Shown: positions 39,565 to 49,313, counted from the first letter of the stretch. The stretch: DNA of 64,000 nt from Hyphomicrobiales bacterium (GCA_006844605.1 SPJN01000004.1:78635-142634); one strand, 5' to 3'. Translations and numbers: made by a program. The notes: generated by a model from the letters alone, not told the origin.

Positions 39565-41403
39565 ATGACTTTATCACGTTGCGCGGTCGCCACGGCCATC
39601 GCCCTTTGTTCATTTTCAACCTATGCCGACGAACCGGCTGACGAAATTTTGATTGTCGGCTCACTCACCCCCATCAGCGCGGCAGAGCTTGGCGCGTCTG
39701 TCACTGTCTTTGATGCCGATGATATTCGCCAGCGGCAGGACTTCTTTTTGCCTGATCTTTTGCGCGGTATGCCGGGGGTTGCGATTACCCAATCGGGCGC
39801 AACCGGGTTGACGGAAATCAGAATTCGCGGTGCGGAGGCGGATCATTCACTGACGCTGCTTGATGGCATCGAAGTGACGGACCCTGCCTCAATCGGAACG
39901 GTGATCGACTATTCCCATCTATCGACTGCAAATGTCGGGCGGGTGGTTTTGTTGCGTGGGGCGCAAAGCTCATTTTATGGCGCGGACGCCTTGGGCGGTG
40001 TGATTGCCATCGAAACTCCCGCGCTGTTCGGACGTGATGATACCTATATTGAGGGGGAGGCAGGCTCCTTCGGGACGCGGCGCTATGGTGCCGGGCTGAC
40101 ACGCAGCAATGATAGTGTTGGCGTGCATGTGTCCTACAGCAATTATGAAACCGATGGCTTTAATGCGGTGACCAATGGGTCAGAAAAAGACAATGCGGAC
40201 CGTGAATTGCTGCACGCCAAACTGGGCATGAAACTGTCTGACGGGTTGGAGCTAAACATTGTTGGGCTGCGCAGTGATATTTTCACCAATACAGATGGCT
40301 TTGGCGGCGTTGATTCTAATACTGATCAGGTCGCTGTTGTGCGCAAGGCCGGGCGCGCAGCGCTGACCTATGAAACTGCTGACCGCAATTGGCGGATTGA
40401 TGCGGCAGCCCAACTGATGGCAAGCCAACAGGACTTTCTATTTGGTGGCTTTGCAGCCGCATCGGACGGGTTGCGCCAAAAGCGTGACCTGCAAGTGTCG
40501 CGCCGGTTTGTGGCGGGTAATTTTGAACATCGCGTGACCGCCGCCTATCAAACAGAGAAAGAAAGCGTCACCGCAGGCGGCAACAAGTTCCTGCGCCAAC
40601 AAAACAGCATTGTTGGTGAATATCGGCTTGTTACCAATGCTGGTCATGCAGGCAGTGTCAGCGTGCGCCATGACGATAATAAATCCTATGAAGATTTCAC
40701 CAGTTGGCGCGCACAGGCCGTTGTGCAATTGGCTGAGATGACACGCCTACACGCCAGTGCAGGCACAGGGATCAAGGCCCCTGACTTTACTGAGTTTTCA
40801 AACCAGTTTGGCTGTACACCCAATTTTGACCTGAAGCCGGAAAAAAGCCGTTCCTATGATGTCGGCGTGACCCATGATGTCGATCATCGCGCGGTAAGCG
40901 GGCAACTTGATGTGACCTATTTCGATGCGACCCTAGAGGATGAGGTGAAATTTTGTTTTGCCGCGCCGTTTTCCGCGCAATCAACCAATCAGGTGGGAGA
41001 GAGTAAGCGTAAGGGTATTGAAGTCAGCGGCGGCTTTATCCTGCCACATATGATCATGGCCGACCTGTCATATACTTGGCTTGACGCTGAGGAGCCGTCC
41101 GGTGTTGAAGAACCGCGCCGGCCTGAACATTCGGGCAGCCTTACCCTATCTCGCCATTTTGTGCAGGACCGTTTGCTGGCCAGCATGACCTATACCTATT
41201 CAGGCGATACGGTGGACAATAACCGTCAGGCCATTCGTGCCTATGATCTTGTTAATCTGGCACTTTCCTATAGCGTTTCGGATGAGGTGGCCCTGACTGC
41301 ACGGGCAACCAATCTGTTTGATGAAACATATGTAGAGGCTGTGGGTTTTGCCACGGCGGGACGAGGGGTCTTTGTTGGTTTGCGTGCCTCATTGGGTGAC
41401 TAA
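39565..41403 (+). CDS. btuB: TonB-dependent cobalamin receptor
   Basis: Signal peptide, IRIRGAE..H.L.LLDG, RGAQSSFYGADALGGVI, LKPEKS and NLFDETY motifs; riboswitch upstream. Confidence 0.88.
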   Translation: MTLSRCAVATAIALCSFSTYADEPADEILIVGSLTPISAAELGASVTVFDADDIRQRQDFFLPDLLRGMPGVAITQSGATGLTEIRIRGAEADHSLTLLDGIEVTDPASIGTVIDYSHLSTANVGRVVLLRGAQSSFYGADALGGVIAIETPALFGRDDTYIEGEAGSFGTRRYGAGLTRSNDSVGVHVSYSNYETDGFNAVTNGSEKDNADRELLHAKLGMKLSDGLELNIVGLRSDIFTNTDGFGGVDSNTDQVAVVRKAGRAALTYETADRNWRIDAAAQLMASQQDFLFGGFAAASDGLRQKRDLQVSRRFVAGNFEHRVTAAYQTEKESVTAGGNKFLRQQNSIVGEYRLVTNAGHAGSVSVRHDDNKSYEDFTSWRAQAVVQLAEMTRLHASAGTGIKAPDFTEFSNQFGCTPNFDLKPEKSRSYDVGVTHDVDHRAVSGQLDVTYFDATLEDEVKFCFAAPFSAQSTNQVGESKRKGIEVSGGFILPHMIMADLSYTWLDAEEPSGVEEPRRPEHSGSLTLSRHFVQDRLLASMTYTYSGDTVDNNRQAIRAYDLVNLALSYSVSDEVALTARATNLFDETYVEAVGFATAGRGVFVGLRASLGD

Positions 41404-42229
41404 ACTTACCCTGGTGTTAAGCGTGGTGCTGTCACTTGTGACGGCACCCGCCTTGGCGCGTCCACTGCGGGTTGTTTCGTTGAACCTGTGCAGCGATCAG
41501 CTGTTGATGGCGCTGGCGGATCGGGACCAAATAGCCTCTCTTAGTTTCTTTGCCGCTGATCCGCGCTTTTCGCTGATCACTGATCAAATCGAAGGGCTGC
41601 CCCTAAATCACGGATTGGCAGAGGAAGTGTTGGCACTGCGCCCTGATCTGGTGATCACCGGGAACTACACCGCGCGCTATGCCGTTCAACATATCAAGGC
41701 GTTGAACATTCCGATTGTTGAGCTTGCGCCCGCGCAGGATTTTGATCAAATCGCCGCCCGGCTTTTAACCGTGGGGCAGGCTATTGGGCAAACTGGCAGG
41801 GCGCAGGCCCTTGTCACGAGGATGCAAGCGCGCCTTGAAGAGGTTGACCGCATCAATGTTCAGCAGCCCTTGCGCGTTCTGTCATTTGCATCAGGTGGGG
41901 CGACAATTGGTGCGCCTAGCCTGTTCAACGCTGTCGTGACGCGGGCCGGGCACAGTAACTTGCCAGCGACAGAGCTAGGCATGGGCAGTTGGGGCCAAAT
42001 CGGGCTTGAAGGGATTATTCAATTGCAGCCTGATTTTGTATTGTTGGAAGGGTTGCGGCAGGAGCATAATTCCCTGACGCGCAACCTGATGCAGCATCGG
42101 GCAATTCGTAAATTACTGGCAACTGACAAGATGCGCCTTGCCCCGGTTGATGGTCGCCTGTGGTCCTGCGGTGGCCCCCATACTGTTGAGGCTGTGGCCG
42201 CCTTCAAATCATTGGGGGCAAATCAATGA
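41396..42229 (+). CDS. btuF: Cobalamin ABC transporter substrate-binding protein
   Basis: RVVSLNLCSDQL, AEEVLALRPDLV and W.CGGP motifs; GTG start overlapping the btuB end. Confidence 0.85.
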   Translation: MTKLTLVLSVVLSLVTAPALARPLRVVSLNLCSDQLLMALADRDQIASLSFFAADPRFSLITDQIEGLPLNHGLAEEVLALRPDLVITGNYTARYAVQHIKALNIPIVELAPAQDFDQIAARLLTVGQAIGQTGRAQALVTRMQARLEEVDRINVQQPLRVLSFASGGATIGAPSLFNAVVTRAGHSNLPATELGMGSWGQIGLEGIIQLQPDFVLLEGLRQEHNSLTRNLMQHRAIRKLLATDKMRLAPVDGRLWSCGGPHTVEAVAAFKSLGANQ

Positions 42230-43227
42230 CCGCGCGTCGCCTATCATTATTGTTACTGGTGCTGGCGGTGTTGGGGGCGCTTGGGTCGGCGTTTTTGGAA
42301 CGTGGCGCGATCAGTCTGTTTGGAGAGTATCAATTGCTGTTGGAGACCGACCCCGAAACCGCAGCCATATTGTTTTGGGACATTCGCCTGCCACGCGCCT
42401 TGTTGGCGTTGATGGTGGGGGCATCCCTTGGTCTATCCGGCGCGGCGCTGCAGGGGCTGACCCGCAATCCGCTGGCGGAGCCGGGCTTGATCGGTGCCTC
42501 AAGCGGTGCAGCGCTGGGCGCGGTCGCGATTTTCTATTTCGGCCTATTTGGCACAACAGGTCTTAGTTTGTTGAGCTTGCCTGTCGGTGGTTTGGTCGGT
42601 GCAGGACTGTCGATGATTGTGCTGGTTGCGCTGTGGGGTGATGACACCCGCATCGCGACGCTGGTCCTTGCCGGGGTTGCGATTAACGCGCTGACCAATG
42701 CATTTGTCGCCCTGTTGCTGACCGTTGCGCCAAGCCCCTTTGCAATTTATGAGATCATGTTTTGGATGATGGGGTCCCTCGCAGATCGTTCCTATGATCA
42801 TGTGTTGATCGCCTTGCCCTTTATGCTGGCCGGGTGGACGATGCTGCTGTTGTCCGGGCGCGGGCTTGATGCCATGACGCTTGGCCCGGAAAGCGCACGC
42901 AGCCTTGGCGTGTCGATCCGTCGAACCCGCTTTTTAACGGTGATGGGCACTGCGCTATGTGTTGGCGCTGCGGTCAGCGTGTCGGGTGTGATCGGCTTTG
43001 TGGGATTGGTGGTGCCCCATCTGGTGCGCCCCTTTACCGGGCACATGCCGGGGGCAAGCCTGTTGCCATCTGCCTTGGCGGGGGCTGTGTTGCTGGTCTT
43101 TGCCGATATTGGCGTGCGCATATTGACCCCGGGGGTTGAGCTGCGGTTGGGCGTTGTCACGGCCTTTATCGGTGTGCCGTTCTTTGTTCTGTTGTTGTTG
43201 CGGGCAAAGCGGGGGCTGCTTGCATGA
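42226..43227 (+). CDS. btuC: Cobalamin ABC transporter permease (FecCD/BtuC)
   Basis: IRLPR, RNPLAEPG, A.SLG, IGFVGLVVPHL and G.PFF motifs. Confidence 0.9.
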   Translation: MTARRLSLLLLVLAVLGALGSAFLERGAISLFGEYQLLLETDPETAAILFWDIRLPRALLALMVGASLGLSGAALQGLTRNPLAEPGLIGASSGAALGAVAIFYFGLFGTTGLSLLSLPVGGLVGAGLSMIVLVALWGDDTRIATLVLAGVAINALTNAFVALLLTVAPSPFAIYEIMFWMMGSLADRSYDHVLIALPFMLAGWTMLLLSGRGLDAMTLGPESARSLGVSIRRTRFLTVMGTALCVGAAVSVSGVIGFVGLVVPHLVRPFTGHMPGASLLPSALAGAVLLVFADIGVRILTPGVELRLGVVTAFIGVPFFVLLLLRAKRGLLA

Positions 43228-43985
43228 CGACATTGTCGATACAAAACCTGTCGCTGACGATTGACCGAAACAGGCTGCTGGATGATGTCAGCCTGTCCAT
43301 TGGTACGGGTGAGCTTGTTGGATTGATCGGCCCCAACGGTGCCGGTAAGTCGAGCCTGCTGCGCGCCATCACAGGCAATTTACAAGGCTGGGAAGGCGCG
43401 ATTGATTTGGATGGTCAGCCGCTTGATGCTGTGTCCCGTCAGGACCGGGCAAAGGCGATTGCCTATCTGCCGCAAACCCATGAAGGGCTGTGGCCGATAT
43501 CCGGTCGGCGGCTGGTGATGTTGGGCCGCTTGCCCCATTTGGGGCCGTTCAGTGGCGCGACAGATCAAGATCATGCCTTGGTTGAGCAGATATTGCGGGA
43601 TGTCGATGCGCTGGCTTTCGCAGACCGCCCCGTCACGCATCTTAGCGGGGGGGAGCTGGCACGTATTTGGCTGGCCCGCGCTTTGGCAGTGCAAGCGCCG
43701 TTATTGCTGGCGGATGAGCCGATTGCCGCCCTTGATCCCGCGCATCAATTGGCAACCATGTCCTTGTTCCACAATGCCGTTAAACAGGGGCAGGGGGTGA
43801 TGGTCGTGTTACATGATTTGGGATTGGCGGCGCGCCTTTGTGATCGGTTGGTGCTGATGGACCGGGGCAAGGTCGTCGCAGATGGGACGCCCCAAAACGT
43901 GTTGACGGCGGACCGTGTGGCCGCCGTCTACAAAGTTCGATTGATCCGTGATGGATCAGGCGGTTTTAGCTTGCTGCCGCTGTAA
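43224..43985 (+). CDS. btuD: Cobalamin ABC transporter ATPase
   Basis: GPNGAGKSS, LSGGE, LLADEP and VLHD motifs. Confidence 0.9.
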   Translation: MTTLSIQNLSLTIDRNRLLDDVSLSIGTGELVGLIGPNGAGKSSLLRAITGNLQGWEGAIDLDGQPLDAVSRQDRAKAIAYLPQTHEGLWPISGRRLVMLGRLPHLGPFSGATDQDHALVEQILRDVDALAFADRPVTHLSGGELARIWLARALAVQAPLLLADEPIAALDPAHQLATMSLFHNAVKQGQGVMVVLHDLGLAARLCDRLVLMDRGKVVADGTPQNVLTADRVAAVYKVRLIRDGSGGFSLLPL

Positions 43986-45420
43986 GCTGAACGCCGGCAC
44001 AAGGCATGGCAGGGGCTTCGCCCGTGAATGTCATGCGCAGGGTGCCGTTTTCATAGCTGCCTTCAATCTCACCACCATCAAGGCGGCGCAGGGCAAGCTG
44101 CCCATCAAGGCCATCAATCTGCACGGTCACTTCACCTGATGCAGGCAGATCACTGACCAGTGCGTAAACCGCGCCGTTCTTACCCCTTGTCAGGTTCAGT
44201 TCAGCGCCGTCCTTGGCGATCACAGTGCCGGGACCAAATGGCTTGCTGTCATAGACAGCCTCGTCATTGGCGCGCAGCCAGTCACCAACGGCCAGAATGC
44301 GGCTTGCCTGATCAGCGGGGATCTGGGCATGGCCATCGGGGCCGATGTTCAGCAGATAATTGCCGTTCCGTGCCACAACGCGGGCCAGGTCGGTAATCAA
44401 CTCATCAGATGACAGGAAGTCTTCTTCAGTTTCGGTGCGGTTATAGCCAAAGCCCCAACCAAGACCGCGTGTGGTTTCCCATTTCTTTTCCTGTGGTTCT
44501 TCAAAGAATGAGAATTCAGGCGTGCGGAAATCACTATGGGCGGGTTCTGCCCCCACCAAAGGCCCATCAAATTTTTTCATGGCCAGTTTGCCGAATTGGG
44601 TGGCAAGCCATTTTAGCGGCTGATAGCGGAAATATTTGTTGATCGGTTTGGCTGCCTGCCAACGGTCATTCACCACCCCGTCAGGGACGGCCTTATAATA
44701 ATCCTTGAACAGATCAGCCATGCCATCCATCAGCGGGTAGGAGATGTCGTTCCACAGGACGGACGGTTTATACCGTTCAATCAACTCGCGATAATGCGCA
44801 TCAACATAACGGTTATAGGCGGGGTCTGCGATTGTGGTCGCCAGCGTATCGACAGCAGATTCGATGCTGGTCGTCTCCCACGTCCAATCAAGACCGCCGG
44901 AATAATAGATGCCGAATTTCAACCCTTCGGCACGGACTGCATCTGCCAGTTCGCCGACAATATCGCGTTCTGATGACCAGCCCGGCTTATGGGGGTTTTC
45001 AACGTCAGACGGCCACAATGTGTAGCCATCATGATGCTTGGTCACCAACACAACATATTTGGCACCGGACTGTTTGAACAGCTTGGCCCATTCTTTGGCA
45101 TCGAACCCTTCCAGATTCTTTTCCCAAGGGGCGCGGAAATCCTCATAGGGCGCGTCGCCGTAATTTTCCTTGTGAAATGCGGCGGCAGAACTGCCCTCAA
45201 CCCGCATATTCTGCCAGTACCATTCCACATAGGGATTGTGCTTGATCAGATTTTCGAAGTCATTCTTCAATAGGTCAGGAAAATGCTGACCCTTTTCCGC
45301 ATAGGCGGGAATTGAATAGATGCCCCAATGGATAAAGATGCCGAACTTGCCGCCATCATACCAGTCTGGTACCTGCCGATCCTGAAGGTCCTCAAAACCG
45401 GGTTGAACTTTTTGTGCCAT
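43966..45420 (-). CDS. Alpha-L-fucosidase (GH29)
   Basis: KFGIFIHWG, TKHHDG, YYS..DW, nucleophile LWND, VNDRW, WE and GNYLLNIGP motifs. Confidence 0.93.
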   Translation of the reverse strand: MAQKVQPGFEDLQDRQVPDWYDGGKFGIFIHWGIYSIPAYAEKGQHFPDLLKNDFENLIKHNPYVEWYWQNMRVEGSSAAAFHKENYGDAPYEDFRAPWEKNLEGFDAKEWAKLFKQSGAKYVVLVTKHHDGYTLWPSDVENPHKPGWSSERDIVGELADAVRAEGLKFGIYYSGGLDWTWETTSIESAVDTLATTIADPAYNRYVDAHYRELIERYKPSVLWNDISYPLMDGMADLFKDYYKAVPDGVVNDRWQAAKPINKYFRYQPLKWLATQFGKLAMKKFDGPLVGAEPAHSDFRTPEFSFFEEPQEKKWETTRGLGWGFGYNRTETEEDFLSSDELITDLARVVARNGNYLLNIGPDGHAQIPADQASRILAVGDWLRANDEAVYDSKPFGPGTVIAKDGAELNLTRGKNGAVYALVSDLPASGEVTVQIDGLDGQLALRRLDGGEIEGSYENGTLRMTFTGEAPAMPCAGVQLTAAAS

Positions 45421-45560
45421 GACAGAAGCCCCCTCTATCAATGTATTGAACTACAGCAATACCTATGTCATAGATTATTTACCCTGGCAAGCGCGCCATT
45501 TTGACGGAACTGCGGGCAATTGCCTATCGACATGCGTGATCACATGTCTATAACGGCGCC

Positions 45561-47408
45561 ATGGCACCTCCTTTACTGACATGTCGAGAAATCAATTTAA
45601 CCTTTGGTGGCAAGCCTTTGCTGGCTGGCGCGGAACTAATGGTAGAGCCGGGGGCACGCCTGTGTCTGGTTGGCCGTAATGGGTCGGGCAAGTCAACTTT
45701 GCTCAAAATCGCCGCAGGCATGGTGGAACCGGATAATGGGGACATATTCCTGCAGCCAGGCACGACAATCCGCTATTTGGCGCAGGAACCGGACCTAACC
45801 GGGTATGACACTGTGCGTGATTTCGTGCAGGCGGGTTTGGGGCCGACGGACGATCCCTATCGGGCGGACTATCTGCTGGGGTCATTGGATGTGAATCCTG
45901 AGGCTGACCCTGCCAATTTGTCAGGGGGCGAGGTACGCCGTGCTGCCCTTGCGCAAGTGTTGGCACCTGAACCTGACATCCTGATGCTGGATGAGCCGAC
46001 CAACCATCTTGATCTACCCATTATTGAATGGCTGGAAAGTGAGCTGAAGCAGTTTCGCGGCGCGCTGATCCTGATCAGCCATGACCGCCGCTTTTTGGAA
46101 AACCTGACCCGCAGCACCGTTTGGCTCGACCGGGGCCGGACCCGCACGCTGCAACAGGGCTTTGCCAAGTTTGAAGGCTGGCGCGATGAAGTGCTGGCGC
46201 AGGAACAAGAAGCAGCACACAAACTGTCACGCAAAATCGAACGCGAGGAAGACTGGGTACGTTATGGCGTGACCGCGCGCCGGAAACGGAATGTGCGCCG
46301 CATGGCGGGGTTGGATAATCTGCGTGAACAAAAGCGCGAGCTGACAGCCCATAACAGACAGGCACAAGAGAAGGTTAGCTTCTCAGTGAATGAGGGGCAG
46401 AAGTCCGGCAAGGCCGTGATAGAGGCCGAGCATGTCGGCCATAGCTGGCCGGGCAAGCTGATTGCGCAGGATTTTTCTATCCGCATCATGCGGGGTGACC
46501 GGATTGGTCTTGTTGGTCCCAATGGGTCAGGCAAGACCACGATGCTGAACATCCTGACCGGTGCGCTGGCCCCTGATATGGGGAAGGTGACGCTGGGTCA
46601 TAATCTACAAATGCTGACCATTGATCAAAAGCGTGAATCGCTCGACCCCGATACGTCATTGCGCGATGTGTTGACCGGCGGCGGTACCGACCTTGTGCAG
46701 ATCGCCGGTGGTGATGGAGAGGCAGCAGACAGCCGCCGTCATGTTGTGTCCTATATGAAGGACTTTTTGTTTGCCCCTGAACAGGCAGGCACGCCTGTGC
46801 GTGAATTGTCAGGGGGGGAACGTGGCCGGCTGATCCTTGCGCGTGCTTTGTGCAAGCCGTCAAACCTGTTGGTGCTTGACGAGCCGACCAATGATCTTGA
46901 TATGGAAACGCTGGACCTGTTGCAGGAACTGATCGCCGATTACCCCGGTACAGTTTTGCTGGTCAGCCATGACCGTGATTTTCTTGATCGCACGGTTGGT
47001 GCCGTCATCACGACAGAGGGTGAGGGTGATTGGACCGCCTATGCGGGCGGCTATTCAGATATGCTGCGCCAGCGCGGCGAAAAGATACGCGCACAAAACG
47101 CCGAAAAGAAAAAGGCGGTGGAAGCCAAAACGACAAGCGATAAGAATTCCCCCGGTAAATCATCATCCAAACGCAAGCTGTCCTATAAGGAACAATATGC
47201 GCTGGATAATTTGCCGGATGAAATCGCCACTTTGGAAGACAAAATACAAAGCCTGAAGGGTGAGCTTGCCGATCCCAATCTATTCTCAAAAAAGCCTGAG
47301 CGTTTTAACCAGGCGGTAGCGGAATTGGAAACGGCTGAGATTGATTTGGTCGCAAAAGAAGAAGAATGGCTGCGCCTTGAAATGCTGAAAGAAGAACTGG
47401 GCCTTTAG
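45561..47408 (+). CDS. uup: ABC-F family ATPase, Uup type
   Basis: Two ABC cassettes (GRNGSGKST/LSGGE/LDEPTNHLD and GPNGSGKTT/LSGGE/LDEPTNDLD), ARRKRN linker, KLSYKEQ coiled-coil C-terminal domain. Confidence 0.9.
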   Translation: MAPPLLTCREINLTFGGKPLLAGAELMVEPGARLCLVGRNGSGKSTLLKIAAGMVEPDNGDIFLQPGTTIRYLAQEPDLTGYDTVRDFVQAGLGPTDDPYRADYLLGSLDVNPEADPANLSGGEVRRAALAQVLAPEPDILMLDEPTNHLDLPIIEWLESELKQFRGALILISHDRRFLENLTRSTVWLDRGRTRTLQQGFAKFEGWRDEVLAQEQEAAHKLSRKIEREEDWVRYGVTARRKRNVRRMAGLDNLREQKRELTAHNRQAQEKVSFSVNEGQKSGKAVIEAEHVGHSWPGKLIAQDFSIRIMRGDRIGLVGPNGSGKTTMLNILTGALAPDMGKVTLGHNLQMLTIDQKRESLDPDTSLRDVLTGGGTDLVQIAGGDGEAADSRRHVVSYMKDFLFAPEQAGTPVRELSGGERGRLILARALCKPSNLLVLDEPTNDLDMETLDLLQELIADYPGTVLLVSHDRDFLDRTVGAVITTEGEGDWTAYAGGYSDMLRQRGEKIRAQNAEKKKAVEAKTTSDKNSPGKSSSKRKLSYKEQYALDNLPDEIATLEDKIQSLKGELADPNLFSKKPERFNQAVAELETAEIDLVAKEEEWLRLEMLKEELGL

Positions 47409-47439
47409 TCCATCTTCGCAGGGCGGCACAATGGCGCGC

Positions 47440-47611
47440 TTGCATCCTTTCATTATTGGGCCTATATGCACCCCTAGTTGGGTGCCTTGCAGATGCGCCC
47501 CGCCCGCCGAAAGCCATGGCAATCTGCCTATTGGATGCGCTGATTTAAAAATCGTGGCGCTTCTTTCAGACCTTTATGGAGCGGGAAGGTCAGTTCTGAA
47601 AGGAGTATGTC
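47440..47611 (+). promoter_or_regulatory. Sigma70-like promoter plus structured 5' leader sequestering the RBS
   Basis: TTGCAT-N17-TATATG (47440-47468); CTTCTTTCAGA (47560-47570) pairs with TCTGAAAGGAG (47595-47605). Confidence 0.5.
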
Positions 47612-48136
47612 ATGGAGCATCATGACCCTTTTGATAGTATGAAACGCTATGCCAAGCGCCTTGCAAAACAGGCGTCTGAAGACGGCATAGATCTGAAACA
47701 TCGTGAAGCCTTGGCCCAAATTGCCAAACAGATCGGCTTTAACGGTTGGTCCCATGCTGTGCATGTGATCGAAGGGAAAGAAACCCAAGATTACGGTACG
47801 TTGCTTTATGGCGCTGCCGGGGCAACCTATCCCAATATTTGGGAGGCTGATTTGGCACGCGCTCGCGCGATCAGGCAGGATCATGGGGGCATATTATTGC
47901 CCTACAAGACCCAGTTTTTGATTGTGGAGCCAAGCTATTTGGCAGCCCATGATATGCCTGCTGAATTGCCTGAATGGCAGTTGGTGGGTAGGGATTGGAC
48001 CGATCCGCAGGATATGGCGGCACGCACGCGCCTATATGGGTTGCGTGTGGCTGGTCATTTGGCGCGGTTGGGGCAAGTTGACGGGCCGCCCAAACGGGGC
48101 ACACCGTCTGCTGCAATTACCAACGCAGCGCGCTAG
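47612..48136 (+). CDS. Protein with N-terminal Glyoxalase_8-like helical domain and unknown C-terminal domain
   Basis: KRYAKRL...LKHREALAQIAKQIGFNGW pattern; strong AAGGAG RBS. Confidence 0.7.
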   Translation: MEHHDPFDSMKRYAKRLAKQASEDGIDLKHREALAQIAKQIGFNGWSHAVHVIEGKETQDYGTLLYGAAGATYPNIWEADLARARAIRQDHGGILLPYKTQFLIVEPSYLAAHDMPAELPEWQLVGRDWTDPQDMAARTRLYGLRVAGHLARLGQVDGPPKRGTPSAAITNAAR

Positions 48137-48158
48137 TGCTGCTACGATTGGGTTAGGT

Positions 48159-48194
48159 TTATGGCGGGGGGCGCTTGCCTTCCGCCATAATTTT
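48159..48194. terminator. Hairpin terminator between convergent genes
   Basis: TTATGGCGGGGGGC-gctt-GCCTTCCGCCATAA followed by TTTT. Confidence 0.7.
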
Positions 48195-48206
48195 GCGGCC
48201 ATCAGA

Positions 48207-49313
48207 TCAATCGAATGCCGTCGCCAAATAATCAATATAGTCTTCGTCGGTTCCGAAACGTGTACATGATTTGGCGCGTTCCACATATTTGTTAATCGTC
48301 GCCTGCTGTAGGGACCCGGTAGCCTGTGCCGCCGCAAAATCGATTTCAATTTCTTCGGCTGATTTATCGATCAGCAGGCCCCAGAGTTGTTGTTTTTCTT
48401 CTGGTCCGGTACCTATGAATATGTCGTACAACGCGGAATAAACTAGGTCGTGGGGCCTGCCGACATTCTGGGAAAATAGACTTTCATCAAAACCTTCTCG
48501 CTTGGTCAGTAAGTTTAAGGCGTATAAAAAATGTGTGCCGCTTAAACACTGTTGCAAATCCTTAATGGTCGTCCGGTTCCAGTCGCCCCACACAACATTG
48601 ATCTAGGTTTGTAGTGTGTCGGGGTTGATCTGAAAATCGAAGCAATAGTCAACTTGGGAAAGTTGGGTTTGTGGGGTGCTGTTTACCGGAAAGGGATACC
48701 ACGCGCCTTTAAGGCGATGTGGTGCAACTTGCGCAATTGTTTTGTCGAGTGTTGCGTGAAGGGCGATAAACTGGACCGGTGTGCCGGTGTCGGGTTTGGA
48801 TGTCATTTGCTGTGTCAGCCCATATGACAGTCCGGTTTTGCAAAGCTTGGCCTTCAGGGCTGCGCGCATAAGATCGTGACTTTGATCGGCCAGCAAAAAT
48901 TCATTTGGGTCATCGCTATATTCTTCGACAAAACTGCCAACAACGCCGGAATAGAAGGCAAGCGTGTATAAGGGAAAATTTGTGAGACGATAGCCGTTGG
49001 GGATGATGACTGCCAACAGCAGCGCAACAATCACTGTCGTTTCCTTATGGGATGACAGTGCCGCAAGGGCACAGATCAAAACGACAGGCAAAATTACGAC
49101 GGCAGAAATGTTGGAAACGATTTGGCCGCCGCCATGCCCAAGCACGTTATGGCCGACGGTCAATAAATACTCTGACACCGCAATTGTCACAAAGGCAACG
49201 ACCAGCACTGTTTTCATTACTTGCGATGGGGCTAGCTTAAACAAAAAACGGGCGACCAGAAACGTAAGCAGGGTGGTCGTTGCCAGTATTGGTATTGATA
49301 GAGCCAGATGCAT
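48207..49313 (-). pseudogene. Membrane-anchored four-cysteine-domain protein interrupted by an in-frame TAG at 48603-48605
   Basis: ORFs 48603..49433 and 48207..48593 share one frame across a single stop. Read through, the C-x31-C spacing matches both upstream paralogs. No SD before GTG 48593. Likely start ATG 49313. Confidence 0.7.

Noticed and set aside
39318-39641. Short ORFs and the btuB extension over the riboswitch
   Set aside because: They overlap the conserved cobalamin aptamer and have no protein motifs.
48603-48605. Pyrrolysine or selenocysteine recoding of the internal stop
   Set aside because: The codon is TAG, not TGA; no pyl genes are in the window; TAG is an ordinary stop for argC, glpX and others here.
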